A stretch of DNA of 64,000 bases from Eledone cirrhosa (taxonomy: Eukaryota), in NCBI GenBank assembly GCA_964016885.1, contig OZ024753.1:496001-560000 (forward strand). Reading direction: 5' to 3'. The position numbers and the translations under genes were made by a program. The notes under the pieces are model-generated. The model was given only the letters and a program-made list of their open reading frames with translations, had not been told where the DNA came from and ran no database searches. How positions within the stretch are numbered: the stretch's first letter is position 1; every line of letters starts with the position of its first letter. This document shows, in pieces, positions 37,201 through 50,829 of the stretch.

Positions 37201-39656
37201 TTTTAAATGTAAAAACAGTTCTGAGTCAGGATAAGAAGAAATGTTTTAACCCTTTAGCATTTACATTACTCTATATTTTACTATTGTATTTTCATGCTTT
37301 TTCCTCACATAATTATCTCACATAACATCAAATCTATGAGATTTTGGTATTATTTATTTTGAGAACAATACCTTAACATCAGTATGAGCGGCTGGTTATA
37401 GCCAGTTTGAACAGAAAGAAGTGAGAGAATTCTGGCCAGTTTAAATGCTAAAGTTTAAATTTGTTTTATTTTTTCCAGTTTGTGGTGTTGGAGACATTTG
37501 AGGGAATTGATCTGCTGATAATAAAGTTCTTGTCACTGCTGGTGGCTCTCATTATCAACGTACCATGTGATGCCTATGAGAGTGCTTGGTTATTCCAGCA
37601 TCCCAACGTTGCTATAGCCCATGGCAATGCTGTAAGTTTATTGGCTTGCTTTAAAAATTATTAGAGGGAGGCTCCAGCATCCCTTGTTATGGCATGTGAT
37701 TGAGTATTGGGTCTTCTTCCTACCCTCACCTTTTTTCTTCCTGATCCCCCACCCCATTTTTTTTTTGTACTGTATATATCTTTTTCTTCTTTGCTTTTGC
37801 TCAATAGGACTGGAGTTGTAGGGGCACTGTAGTTACATATGGTGTTTCTTGGGCATTTTAACCTCTTCAGTACCATGGACAAGATAACTTGTCCTAACAT
37901 ATATGCATTCCAGTGCCATGGATGACCTAACTCATCTGAACATGTTTGAACTCGTTTCCAAACAATTCATAACTTTGAATCTAGATGGGGTTACTAGTTT
38001 ATTGATGTGACTTTTGTCAATCATTCAGATATGTGTTGTTAATAAATGTTTGTTTTAAAAAATAGTCATTTTACTGGAGAAAAAAACCCCAGCACTGCAA
38101 CTGTAGCTGTGTAAAATATACACAGCAGTCAACAGATTAAGCTTGCTGGAGCCCATCCCTCTCCAGGTTTGAATACAGCAGATTTCCAGAACAAGATAGA
38201 AAATGTGTGTGTGAGAGAGAGAGAGAAAGAGGGGAAAAATTTGCCCTAGTACTAGACTGGTACTTTTTTTATTGACCTCAAAAAGATGAAATGCAAAGAT
38301 GCTTTCAATAATAAATTCATATTTTAAAACTACTATTTCAGATATTGTAACATTGTCTGTTTACGGTGGTGGATTGATGGAATTGTTAAAACATTGAAGA
38401 AAAAAATTTTACAGTATTTAATTATAGACATGTAGGACAAAATACCTTGCAGTATTTATTGTGATGTTCAATGCTTTGTGTTTAAATTACACAGAGGTTA
38501 GTTTAATTGACTGTTGGACTGATGAAATACTAGTTGAGTAGTGGGGGTGGGATGGGGGTAAAGTTGAGAGTTGGGGGAGTCTGTTTAATTGACTGTAGGT
38601 CAGTTGTGTGTTGCCTATATATGGAGGTCCAGCTGGCTGCTCCATAATGGACATTTATCAAAGATTGCACAAGTATGGGAGCCTATGAGCATCAGATTTG
38701 AATGCTGTAGATGTATAGAGGCCTATGAGCACCAAATCTGAATGTACATGTATGTCTGTCCTCAATAGAAAGCTAATCATAGCAATGATAAACCATAATC
38801 ATATAGTTGGAGGAATTTAATAAAACAACTAACTCATTTATTACTCAACTGGTATTTAAATCATTACTTAACAAAAATTCCTTTGATAAAATTGTGAAGG
38901 AAGGTTTTAATATAAGGAAAAACCTTTTAAAATGAGCAGTTTTTTATATCATATATCCATGGTGATTTCAGGCAGTTTTGTATCAAAAGAGTTAATTTAC
39001 ATCTTCAACAGTTCTTAAATTTACAAATACCATCTTAACAAAAACTGTATGTATGATTTAGCTGCCTCCTAATGAAAATATAAGGCGGTGAATTAGCAGA
39101 GTCGTTAGAACATCGGATAAAATGCTTTATGGTATTCGTTCCAGCTCTCTGCTCTATGCGTTCAAATCTCACCGAGGTCAACTTTGCCTTCCTTTTGAGG
39201 TCGATAAAAAAAGTACCAGTCTAGTACTGGGGTCAATTCTTCCTCTATAGTTCTTTCTTATTTTTCCTCTCTCACTCTCTATCTTTCTCTGGAGGAAATC
39301 TACTGTACTCAGGTTTGGACAGGGATGGGCTCTGCCAGGATTAAAATGCCCGAGAAATGCTGTATATCAATACGGCGCCCCTACAACTCTAACAGGAGTT
39401 ACGGGACCATACATACAATGTAAATATATGACATCTTTCTTTGTAGAGATCTGGTAAAACCATCTTTGTGTCAGACTCTTCTAACCCAGTTCATTGCCTT
39501 CAAAACTCGGCTAACTTTCTAGCAAAAATCAATAATCAGCAACCCTGACAATAGTAATCAATACAATGCACTTCTCACATAAGCTGTTCAATAAATCCAG
39601 TTTCTATCAGCCATGAGCAACAACATGAACATCAACAAATATTTTTTTTAGCTCAG

Positions 39657-39825
39657 CCACCACCACCACCACTACCACCACTTTGACTGCCATTGCCGCC
39701 ACCACTGACACCACCACAACCACTGCTACCACCACTGACACAATCACCATCACCACTGCCACCACCACCACCACCACAACCACCACTAACCATCACCACC
39801 AACACCACCACCAATACCACCACCG
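39657..39825. repeat. Degenerate (CAC)n microsatellite
   Basis: Directly visible. Confidence 0.9.
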
Positions 39826-40693
39826 ATCAATGGTCAGAAGACACATCAACTGTTTTCTAACACAACATCCTGTTCATCTTGCATAATTGTATCTTTAAAA
39901 AAAAAACAAAAAACATTTTCTATGTATCCTCTACAGTTGTTTACTTATCTATATTTCAGTGAATATTAATTTCTTTCTAAGGCACATAATAATAATAATA
40001 AAAGATTTCCCTTTCATCCTTAGGGGATCAATAAAATAAAGCACCAGTAATGCACTGGGGTAATTGCTAGCCTTGTGCCAAAAGTAGAAGCAATTATTAT
40101 TAGGGCAGTGAATTGGCAGTATCGGAAGAGCGTCAGACAACTATATGCTTAGCGGCATAGAGTTACGGCCCTTGGCGTTCTGAGTTAAATCCTGCTGAGG
40201 TTAGCTTTGCCTATCATCTTTCTGGAGTTGATAAAATAAAGCACCAGTAATACACTGGGGTCTATTTAACTGACTATCCCTTCCCCCTTGTATTTGTTGG
40301 CCTTGTGCCTAAACCAGAAACCATTATTATTATTATATATTTTTGCTAAGTTAATTGAATGAATCACAGTATATTACAGATACTTATGTGTAGACTGGCA
40401 GAATCATTAGAGCACCAAACAAAATATACTTTTGTACTATTTAGTTATGACCCTTTATGTTCTGAGTTCAAATACTGCTAAAGTCATCTTTGCTTTTCAT
40501 CCTTTCAGTGTTGACAAAATAAAGAACCCTAAGCCTAACCTTGAATTAGAAACCAGTATATTACAGATATCTATTTTATTAACTTTGAAAGATCAAATCA
40601 GTGAGCCAACCCTGTTAAACTTAGAATTCTGAAGTAAAGTTCTTAAATAAAATTATGATGGAAAGTTTTAATTTAGATATAACATTTTAAAAT

Positions 40694-40768
40694 GGCCAGT
40701 TTTATCACCAAAACAGGGACAGTTTTATCACTGAAACAGGGCCAGTTTTATCACTAAACCAGGGACAA
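40694..40768. repeat. 23-bp tandem repeat, three copies (ggccagttttatcactaaaacag)
   Basis: Directly visible. Confidence 0.8.
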
Positions 40769-42133
40769 CTGAACCAGAGACAGGTAAGAAAGTTTAGCCT
40801 AATTATAGCTTGATTCTTTTTGCAATGAATAAATTTGTCTCCAGCAGAAAGTTAAAAATTTAAAGCTCTTTAATTGTGACATGTCCCTTCCCTTCCCACA
40901 GCTCTTTTAACACTAATTATCTACTTCCATCTCCATTGAACCACAACTCTTAGTTCAGCTTCTTATATACAGGTACATTAAGCAATTGATTTTGAAATGT
41001 TGACTTAACGTCAGCTTATGAGAAATACCAATATATGGGTATACTTAATTGCACTGATTAATTAATATTCTTATTTACAAATGTCAAGCAACTTCTTTGA
41101 GGCTGTCAATCTATTTTGAGGACTAAACTCTTACATCAGTCTTTTAACATATTTGCTAACAAGCCTTAAACAGCCCATTAACCCTTTCATTGATGCATAT
41201 TTCTAATGGAAGATGCTCCCTATGATTTTCAAATAATTTTGAAAATAATTAATGTTTGGAGAGATTTAGTAATATAACTAACTTTCCCATTATTAAGCTG
41301 GTGTCTGCAACATAACTTAACAAAGTTTCTTACATAAAATTATTGTGGAAGACTTTTATATAGTTAAAACAGTTTTGTGTTGTAGAGCCATGGGCAGTTT
41401 CTGATGCTTTGCTTTTAAATTCAAAAACCGATGTAAACTTCAATTGCTTCAGTATTTGTAGTTTTAGTATTTTGGATATAAAAGTTCACTTTTCTCCATG
41501 TCTTATTTCTCTGATTTATCATCTTCCCAGTCTTCACAAGACAGACACTCAATATATGCTAGGGATGGTCTATCTCTAAAAGAGAGAGAACTCAATGTAT
41601 ACATGGTATATTTTTTATTCAAATGAATTGAAGGTACAAATCCTCAGTGTTTGACCAGTCCTATCTCAGAATGATTATCTTTCTTTCTGAATATATATAT
41701 ATCTTTGGTAATGGAGTAGTTATATTTTGTGTTGTTCACTTTCTAATTAAATATCTCTGTTCCATACATAGAGCACTCTTTTTTCCTTTGGAATTACCTA
41801 ACACACACACATATATATCATCGTCATCATCATCATTTCATTTTACGTCCACTTTTTCCCTGCTTGCAAGGGTGGGACGGGAACTGATTCTGGCTTGATT
41901 TCTACAGCTGGATGCCCTTCCTAACACCAACCTCATTTACAGTGAGTGGTGGGTGCTTTTTTTGCCGTGGCACCTCCACGACTACTTTGCAGTGGAATGA
42001 TATGGACCCCAGTCCCTATCATCTCATTTCTACAGCTGAGTAAACTGGAGCAATGTGAAATAAAGTGTCTTGTTCAAGGAAACAACACATCACCCGGTCT
42101 GAGAATTGAACTCACAACCTTTCGATTGCCAGA

Positions 42134-42202
<69 letters not shown>

Positions 42203-44099
42203 AACCTCCAGAATACACAAGGGGTTGGAATTGTGATAATATGATAATAGGTCACAATTTCAACCCCTTGTGTATTCTGGAGACCTTAGGTAGCGCTTTT
42301 GTTCCAAGTATGAACATAAATAAATCATATATTTCTGCTCTCTTCCTGATTTAGCACTATTTCCCTTTTTCACACCTACAGATATTGCCACATACATGGT
42401 TTGTCTTGTTTACTCTTTATTTTTGATTTTTTTTGGTTTACTTGGCCTACCTTTATTTTCTGTATCTATCCTTTGTGATCCCTTATTTTTGAACTACTGA
42501 AGAAGGGGTAAAGCCCGACACATTGATTTTTCTTTCCCCTTTTCCATATAAAGCGTGAAACTAATAAGACTTTTTGTACCTCTGTTTGTTGTTTCCTTGA
42601 ACTATGTATGTATGTGTGAGTGAGTGTGTGTATGTATGTATGTGAGTGTGCATGCGTATTTTTTTATGTATTTATTACAATATAAAATAAACAATGGTAT
42701 TACTATTTTATATTCAAATAATACTGAAATATAGAATGAGCTGCTATTGAATCTATTTATAACTGTTACGATCTTCATTTCAGATAAACAAAATGACATA
42801 TATAATATTATTCTTCCACACAATAAATATATATATATAAGTAAGTTTATCCTGGGTTCAATCAGGGGTAACTATAGTAAGTAAGGTACTCAATACATAG
42901 CAGAGTATAAATATTTAACATAGAAATAGCTTCTACAGGACTAGAACAGTTCTAGTCCTGTAGAAGTTATGTCTATATTAAATAAAATTTCATTCTGATG
43001 AGCGATTTCGGACGTCTGTGTTGAGCTCGTCTGTCTTCGTGAAACCTTTGGATGGAATAATTGTTTATTACATAACTAAATAGCTTACACAGAGCACTCT
43101 CCTTTCCTTTACCCTTCCTATGGAAATACTTATATATATATATATAACATTTAATCTTTTTTACATAATGGAGATTATGCTTAGTTGATGTCATTACAAA
43201 TCAATGTAATTTAGATACGTGCATGATCTTGATATTTTTAATCTTGAAAATCTAAAGTAATCGAATCGTTCATGCTAATCTTTGACAAGTTTAATAAAAA
43301 TTTGTGAAATTTGAGTACGATTAAAGCCGAACACGAAACTACAGTTATGCCCCTTCGCAGTAAATGACTTCTAACCTTTTAAGAAGCAAAAGTTAACATG
43401 ATACAGTTATGTTAAATATTTTTGTCAAAATTCAGTATAAAAATCAGTTAAATCAGATTTGTAAAAACCCTTGCAATGAAAAAAAAAATTGAAATACGAA
43501 TTTGGTGTTTAATAGTGAAGCTATTATAGAAAAGAATAAATGGTATTTATTAAGGCTTTCTTGGTGTCTGCTACTTCAATGTCATAAATCATTTATTCAA
43601 TTAAAATATATGTGGCATAAAGGATACAACAACAGCTATTATGACAACCTAACTAATAACATGAATAAATTTTATAAATTACATACAGATAAATTACGCA
43701 GTTGGGTTGGAAGTGGTATCAAGACTGGTGGGTGTAGGATCAGTTGGCTGGAATTTGTGGAGAACATGGTACTACTTAACTCATCAGAGGGTGATCTCCA
43801 ACATGCAAGAATCACTTGGATTTTCCTCAAAGAAAAACCAAGATTCGTTTGATAAGAATAACTAGGAAATTCAGGAGCTCATTGTAAGGAAGAGGTCAGC
43901 ATCCAAGCCTATTTGACTCCGCCTTTCTATTCTCAGAAGAAGGTAGCCTTTCGTTTCGCTTGTGGTGAGTTCCAGTGCAAACTTCAGGAAATTTAAAACA
44001 AGTGATAGCTTGGTCTTACGGAGAAAATCCAAGCATATGTAGATACCGGAAATTATCAGTTGTTCCATCAAGTCTTGAAAGCAGCTTACGGTCCATTGT

Positions 44100-44470
44100 A
44101 CCCGACGCCATGCCCTCTCTGAAGCTCTGATAGAGAGATCTTGCTAAGAGACAGGGGCTCCAACATGACCCACTGGTCTGAGCACTTCCAAAGCCTCTTT
44201 AATGCCAACCACATGGTCCATGATACAGTGGTTGACTATACCACAGCTGCCTGTGAAAGACAAACCCCCAACACTCCAAGAAACCATACAAGCTATTAAG
44301 ATGATGAAGACCAGCAAAGCTGCAGGTGTCAACAGCATTCCCCCAGAAGTCGGGATCAATGGCAGTCCTTGCCTCCACTCCAGACCGCCAAGATACAATT
44401 ATCATTACCCTTTATAATAACAAAGAGGAAAAGGCAGACTGCTCCAAGTACAGAGGCATTGCTCTGGGAC
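44100..44470 (+). mobile_element. Degenerate RTE/BovB-like LINE fragment
   Basis: PPTLQETIQAIKMMKTSKAAGVNSIPPE and IITLY..K.EKADCSKYRGIAL motifs, in broken frames. Confidence 0.7.
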
Positions 44471-47024
44471 TTTTTCTACTTGTACAGTTTGTGGCAAAAT
44501 CTGCCTGTCAGAAGCTGGACTTCAATCTCACATGTGAGCACACAATAGGACACTTCCAACTGACTTCAGAACATACCAAACTGTTCACACTTATCAATGT
44601 CACAAAATATGGAAATCTAAAGGTCTAAACAGACATTTCAAGGTTCATCAAGATCAGACAACTCAGGCAGTCGAAGCTACACCGAAACTAAGGTGCAATT
44701 TATGCGGGTGACAATTTAAATGTGTTTAGTCTAAAAAGCCAAATAAGCTCCCATGCCAGAACTGAGCTCCATGTACATTGAGGTGGTCAAGCTTTCTATT
44801 GGGCGAATCATCACACACACACACATATATACGAGATAAGGGAAATAACTGAAGTAAACTAACTGCGTGAAATGAAATTAGATAGATAGGTTATTTAGAT
44901 AAAATATTTCCTAGACCTAAATAAAACCCAAGCCCATTACTACTATTTCTAGAAATAATTAAACGAGATATATATATACGATCACATTGTTGAAGACAAA
45001 GCAACTTCAAAGTAGACTAAGAAATAATATAGTAGTAGCTCTGGAAATCTGGAAAAGAACTAGACTGTAGAGATTGTGTAGTTAACAGTGTTGGTGAAAG
45101 TAGCTTTCCTATCAAGCAGATGGCTTTATTTGACGTTGTGTAGAATAATTAATATACGGTAGAAATTCACTTCCAGATGCAGTATTCTCAGTCATGCAGC
45201 TTCTTAGTATTTGAAACTTTATACTCATTACAAAATTACGATTATTTAATAATGAAAAGAATGAAGTATCAAAGGCATTTAAGCGCTGACTGTTCCGGCT
45301 TTGTTTCTAATTGAGATCCTTCTCCGGTGTTTTAGTCAGGCATGGAGTGAGTGATATTTGACTGCTGTTTCTTGTAGATCGATTGACCATAAAGTGTCCC
45401 TCGCATTCAGGTTGATCACTTTCACTCCACTGTAATAGTAGTAAAGAACAAGTTATTAAAACCAAAAATATTTTGGTCCTCCAAACGCCTCATCTTCGCG
45501 AAAGACAATAGATTGGAATGAAATAATAAAATATGGTTTATTTATTTATGTAAAGTTGTGTAACAAACATTTTCCTGCAGTGTAAAGGTATGTGTTTATA
45601 TGAATATTAAAAATTTAGAAAATGACTGTAGTCGCGCTTAACCCGCTAGTGTAGTAGATATAAAGTTAAAATGTTCATCTTGCAACCACGTTATGATGGA
45701 ATGTACAGTATGATTTCCAAATGAAATAAAATCAAAGGGTATTTATCTATATATTTATTTACTCGCTATTATTATTATTGTTATTATTCGAATATTCCAA
45801 ATTACTACTTTCTAAAAGACTATTTTCTTGCTATCTAAAATCTTGATTACGATCTTTAAAGCGTTTTAATAACATCAGAAGATTCGTTTTACAAATTAGT
45901 CCTTACTGCATGTTACCAAAAAATGAATCAAGGTGCGACATTTAGAAGAAATTAGACCTATATAGTAGTAGTAATATCTTACAAGGCAGCAACTTTGCTT
46001 CTTTTTATTCAATAAGCTGCATTTACTTATATAAAAAGAAATCAAAATTTAAAGAAACCAACTAACATGAATGCCTCAACAAAAACGGAATTTCAAATTT
46101 TATTTACATGAATTATCAAAAGATTAAAAACTTGCAGTAAAAGAAAAATATTTATAGCTGTAATTTTAATAAATGTTCAATAACCATATTTAATAAACCT
46201 AAATAGAAGTTATTTTTTTTTATCAGCGGTATCAAACATATATATTTCCCAAATTGTTATGATACAAAGAAAAAGAAACTTATAATACAACATTCCCCTC
46301 ACATATGGTGTGAAAGTATTAATCTTTTTTATAAACTAAAGCAATTACAATATCGGCATCACAGATAAATAAATGTTTAAAGAATAACAAGTCTAGTTTT
46401 TAATAAATTTTATGTATAATAAATAATTGTTTCTACTTTTAGCACAAGGCCAGCAATTATCAGTGTATTACTGGTACTATAATAGTAACGGAATATTTCC
46501 CTCTTTGTTATCAAATTATTATTTCACAAAAACGAAACAAAATTTAAAAAATTAAATCAAACACGAATAATTTCTTTGTAAATGTTTTTATAAAAATCAT
46601 TATTCATTTTCGATTAATATTTTAGCATTTTTGGACAAAAGAAAATGAATTTTTACTTGAAAATATGTACAATACAGAAAAAATGTTAACGAAGTCTATT
46701 TTGAATTCATTTAAAAAACATGCGAAAACGATGAAAATAGAATTTTTCAGGGTAGAATTCACAAACATTTTTCAAAATTGATTTAAAATCACACAAGGGG
46801 TCGAATTTATTTCGACAGTGTTTGTTGTTTAAAGTCTGATTGAGCAGGCTTTTTATGAAAGGTATTCCAGCCGCGATCATCAGTATTTTTAAGGGTTTAT
46901 ATAGGAAAGACCGCATTAGGTATCCTGTCCTTATTCATACTGATGTAAATATCTGGTGGCATATGGTTGATGTTAGCAGATATTTTCAGGAAAATAGTTG
47001 TTAGGTGTAAGGGTAAAATAAAGT

Positions 47025-47240
47025 TCACTTCAACTCAGCTTTAAGTTGTTGTATACACTTCATCACTGGTGGAGGGTAGGCGCAACCATAGATCTCTATA
47101 TTGACATAACACATGGACAGACATACCAATCTTTCTTCGTCAAACCTATCTTGATGTGCTTTAAGGAACTTTTTTCGAATCCCCCATTCAGCACTACTCT
47201 CACAGGAATTTCGGTATTTTGCAATTTTTTTGTCAGACAT
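47025..47240 (-). CDS. Stand-alone XRN2-binding domain (XTBD) protein, PAXT-1/CDKN2AIPNL-like, 71 aa
   Basis: The translation has the XTBD signature R...ES..EW..RKKF+..H...(F/Y)...RLVCLS..(Y/F)VN....GC.Y...VM..I..L, with an intact ATG and TGA. A mostly repeat-free AT-rich downstream region contains AATAAA candidates (e.g. near 46100). Confidence 0.88.
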   Translation of the reverse strand: MSDKKIAKYRNSCESSAEWGIRKKFLKAHQDRFDEERLVCLSMCYVNIEIYGCAYPPPVMKCIQQLKAELK

Positions 47241-47354
47241 TGCGAGAAGATTAATTGTATATATATTTAGAAGATATACAGAGTTAAAGAGATATGTGTG
47301 TGTGTATATATAAATATATAATATATCAATGCACCTAAACTTACACCTGGTTAA

Positions 47355-47400
47355 TAACGACCGGAAGTTTAGTTTAAAATACAGCCATGATGGCTATTGC
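47355..47400. promoter_or_regulatory. Probable housekeeping-type promoter of the XTBD gene: ETS site CCGGAAGT and opposed GCCAT/ATGGC YY1-like motifs
   Basis: ccggaagt at 47361-47368 and agccatgatggct at about 47383-47395, some 120-150 nt upstream of the ATG. Motif-only evidence. Confidence 0.5.
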
Positions 47401-48699
47401 ATTATGGGTACAGACGGTCTATATTAGAATCGTCTGAACTGTAATGTCTTTTCATGCTAACATTTCTTCAGCAGCATGCAGTGAAAAACAACTCATTTGA
47501 CTATTTCTTTTGCATAATATCAGTGTATTAATAAATATAGGAATCAGGATACTCTCTCCGTATACCAACTACCCAATTAAATTAATTTTATTCCGTTTAC
47601 CAGATTTAACAAAGTACATTCTTTCCTCTTAAATATTGCTTAGTTTTGGGGTTTTTTTAAAGGAAAAAATCTCAAGTGTGTATTATTTCTGATAGAGTGA
47701 CATAGTTTCTTATTAAAATGTGGGATTTAATTATTTTCATACACGAGAAGAAATCAGGAAGCAGAGGTTCAGGGTGTGGTTTCAAAGTAGGCCTGACGTT
47801 GGGTGTGTACTGCAAATATAATAAATTAAAGAGATAAACATACAAACTAGATAAATATAATTTATAGTAGATATAATAGTTTCTAATTAGGGCGCAAGAC
47901 CAGTCATTTTAGAGGAAGAGGAAAGTCGATAAAATTCATTTGGGTTTTGAATAACTATATATTATTACTATGATTAATTGCGAGAATCGGTAGAGCGTCG
48001 GACATCCTGCTTTGCGGCATAGAGTTACGGCCCTTTACATTCTGAGTTCAAATCCCGCCGAGGTTAGCTTTGCCTTTCATCCTTACAGGGTCGATAAAAT
48101 AAAGTACCAGTCATGCGTTGGGGGTTCGATTTAATCGACTTTCCCCTCCCCCCAAATTGCTGGCTTTGTGCCTAAATAAACCATTATTATTATAAATAAT
48201 ATATATATATATGTGTGTGTGCAGGCATGGTTATATATTTTTTCTGTTGAAACCATGCGTGTGTATGTATGTGTGTCTCTGTGTGTGTATGTAAATGTGT
48301 GTATATATGTATGTGTATATGTATTGACTTGTTTATTTAATGCAGCTGATTAATGTAATGGTATCAATAAAGTAAGCCATGAAAAGTTTTTTCTATTGAG
48401 TCCAGTTTATTGAGAATAAATTTTGGCCAAAGAAATAATAGATTCGATTGTTCACCTCTACCACTCCTCTATTATTCTCATCCTCCTTTTCTTATTTTTT
48501 ATTCTTTATCTTCTCTCACTTGATCTCTATTACTCTCTCTCTCTCTCTCCATCTATTACTTCTCTCTTTCCATATGTTACTTCTCTCTTTCTCTCTCTCC
48601 ATCTCTATTACTTCTCTCTCTCTCTTTCCATCTCTTACTCTCACACATTCTCCTCATTAACGTAATTTTTTTCCTCACATCTTTCAATTCTTCTTCCTT

Positions 48700-49345
48700 T
48701 ACTTATTCCTGGTAGGGTCATGGGGGAAGAGACCTCAAACTCTCCTTCCAACGGGTCCTATCAGAAGCACCCGTCTCCAACTGATCCGACTGGATCCCCA
48801 AACGAGACCAACCAAACTCATAGATGTTATTCAACCATCTTGTTCTGGGTCTCCTCCCGGTTGGTTTTGCCCGTAAAATCTATCCAGCGATTCTTTCCTG
48901 AGACATTCTAACCACACGCCAACATTAATAGTATCGTAATTGATTTCTCATAGCAGCTCTACCTGGAGTGACTCTCTGATCTTCGAGCTCCGCAGTCTAT
49001 CGGGTAACGTTACTCCAAAGACCCTCCTGCGGAACCCCATTGCGGCCGCTTGTATTCGCAATCGTATTCTTTCGGTCATTACCCATGATTCATGACCATA
49101 GGTAAGGGTTGTCAATCCTGTTCATGTAAATAATTAACAGGAGAGGTGACAGTAGGCACCCTTGGCGGAGTCCGACTCTTACATTGAATGGTTTCGATTT
49201 AGCACCATTTATCCGAACACAAATATTCGGGCATTCGTATAGAGACATCAGGGCAGCAAGAAGCTGACCATCGATGCCATTCTTCTGCAGAACCTTCCAC
49301 GGCAGGTACCGAAGAACGCGGTAATACGCCTTTTCAAGGTCAACA
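48700..49345 (-). mobile_element. RTE-clade LINE fragment with internal deletion
   Basis: FVDLEKAY...GLRQGCLLSPLL..IYMNRI is joined directly to TYGHESWVMTERIR (post-RT region) and the 3' end. Confidence 0.85.
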
Positions 49346-50193
49346 AAAAAAAAGAATATACATAGATAAATCAACTGATAGATAGAGGGGTCGATGTAGG
49401 TTCTTGTTTTGTCGACTTCTCTCTCTCTCTATCTATCTATCTTTTGTGCCCCTGTGGCTAATAAAGAAACATATCTATCTATCTAGTTATAGCTTATTGT
49501 TATTTATTAATGTTAAAGTAATACGATTTTTATGTAAGACCCCCGCCGTCACGTCTTGTAATGTCCCATTTCTTGTATGCCCTTGTGGCAAATAAAGAAA
49601 GCTATCTATCTATCTATCTATCCGTCTGTCTGTCTCAACTCTTGTAATTTTGACTTCAATTTCTCATTTTCAGTCTCGTTTCTTTCACTTCACCTCTAGA
49701 CCCCCAACCACATCACCGCTATTTTCACCTCGCCATCACACCTCTTCTCTCCAAACCTCATCTCCATATGCCTCTCTCTCTCATCTCCATATGCCCCTCT
49801 CTCTCTATTTAGAAAGTTGTTAGAATAATTTCATCAATTTCATCAATATTAATATAAGTCGATTGACCAAATCTGAAAGATCGTTATTGCTGTACCGATC
49901 TACGGTCATTGTTAGATTGATTCCTTTCCTACAGGTAATACTGCTGCCAATTACTTTTCTATGGCTCATACATCACCATCAATGTTATTGTATTTTTTAT
50001 TTTTTATATATCATCGAATATTCTTCTGGCTGGTAATTTCAAAGGTTCTTTTTTAATTTTTATTTCTATTTTTCTTTCTTTTTTCCTCAGCGTCTTTTTC
50101 TTTTTTATCTTTTTAAAGGAAAATTATCGGAAATCTAATTTTGTTTATAAAGACGAATAATCAGTAAAAAAGCGATTTTGATTCAGACTTTCA

Positions 50194-50248
<55 letters not shown>

Positions 50249-50326
50249 TTCCGGGTTGAATCGGAGATAACCACAGTAAGTAAGGTACTCAATACATAGC
50301 AGAGTATAAAAGTTTTAATATAGATG

Positions 50327-50377
50327 AAATTCTACAGGATTAGAACTGTTTCATTCTTGAGAAATCATCAGGAATCT
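50327..50377 (-). ncRNA. Type I hammerhead ribozyme motif (same family as 32879-32929)
   Basis: Minus strand reads AGATTC CTGATGA TTTCTCAAGAAT GAAA CAG TTCTAATC CTG TA GAATTT. Stem I pairing is retained despite substitutions. Confidence 0.75.
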
Positions 50378-50791
50378 GACTGTCTCAATAAATGTGGTGG
50401 TATTTATATCTTTTATGGTAGTAGGAGAGGGGGAGTGGGATGGTTGGAGGGCATTGGTTGAAAGAAAAGGGAATTCATTAAAAGCTAATTCTTTAAAGCT
50501 ATAATTTATATTTAGAGTGACAAAGGCAGAAAGAATTCTATAAACAAGTTCAAATTGGGGTGCCACTCCTTAATTTTAAGTTTCTCTTAAGCCAACAATG
50601 TCTATATTTCAGGTGTCTATAAGATGGTTGGGGGTCATAAAGGATAAAGATCCCATAACTCCTTGTGGCTTCGTAGAGGCTCCGTCATACGACGTGTCTA
50701 TGGCACTTTTTAAACCTGGCGGGGCCCAACCCTCTTCAGGTTTGAACACAGCCGATTTTTCTATAGAGGAAGAATCGACTCCAGTACTGGA

Positions 50792-50829
<38 letters not shown>

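Noticed and set aside
46707-46916. 69-aa ORF downstream of the XTBD gene
   Set aside because: No recognisable motif and no splice link to the XTBD frame; likely 3' UTR.
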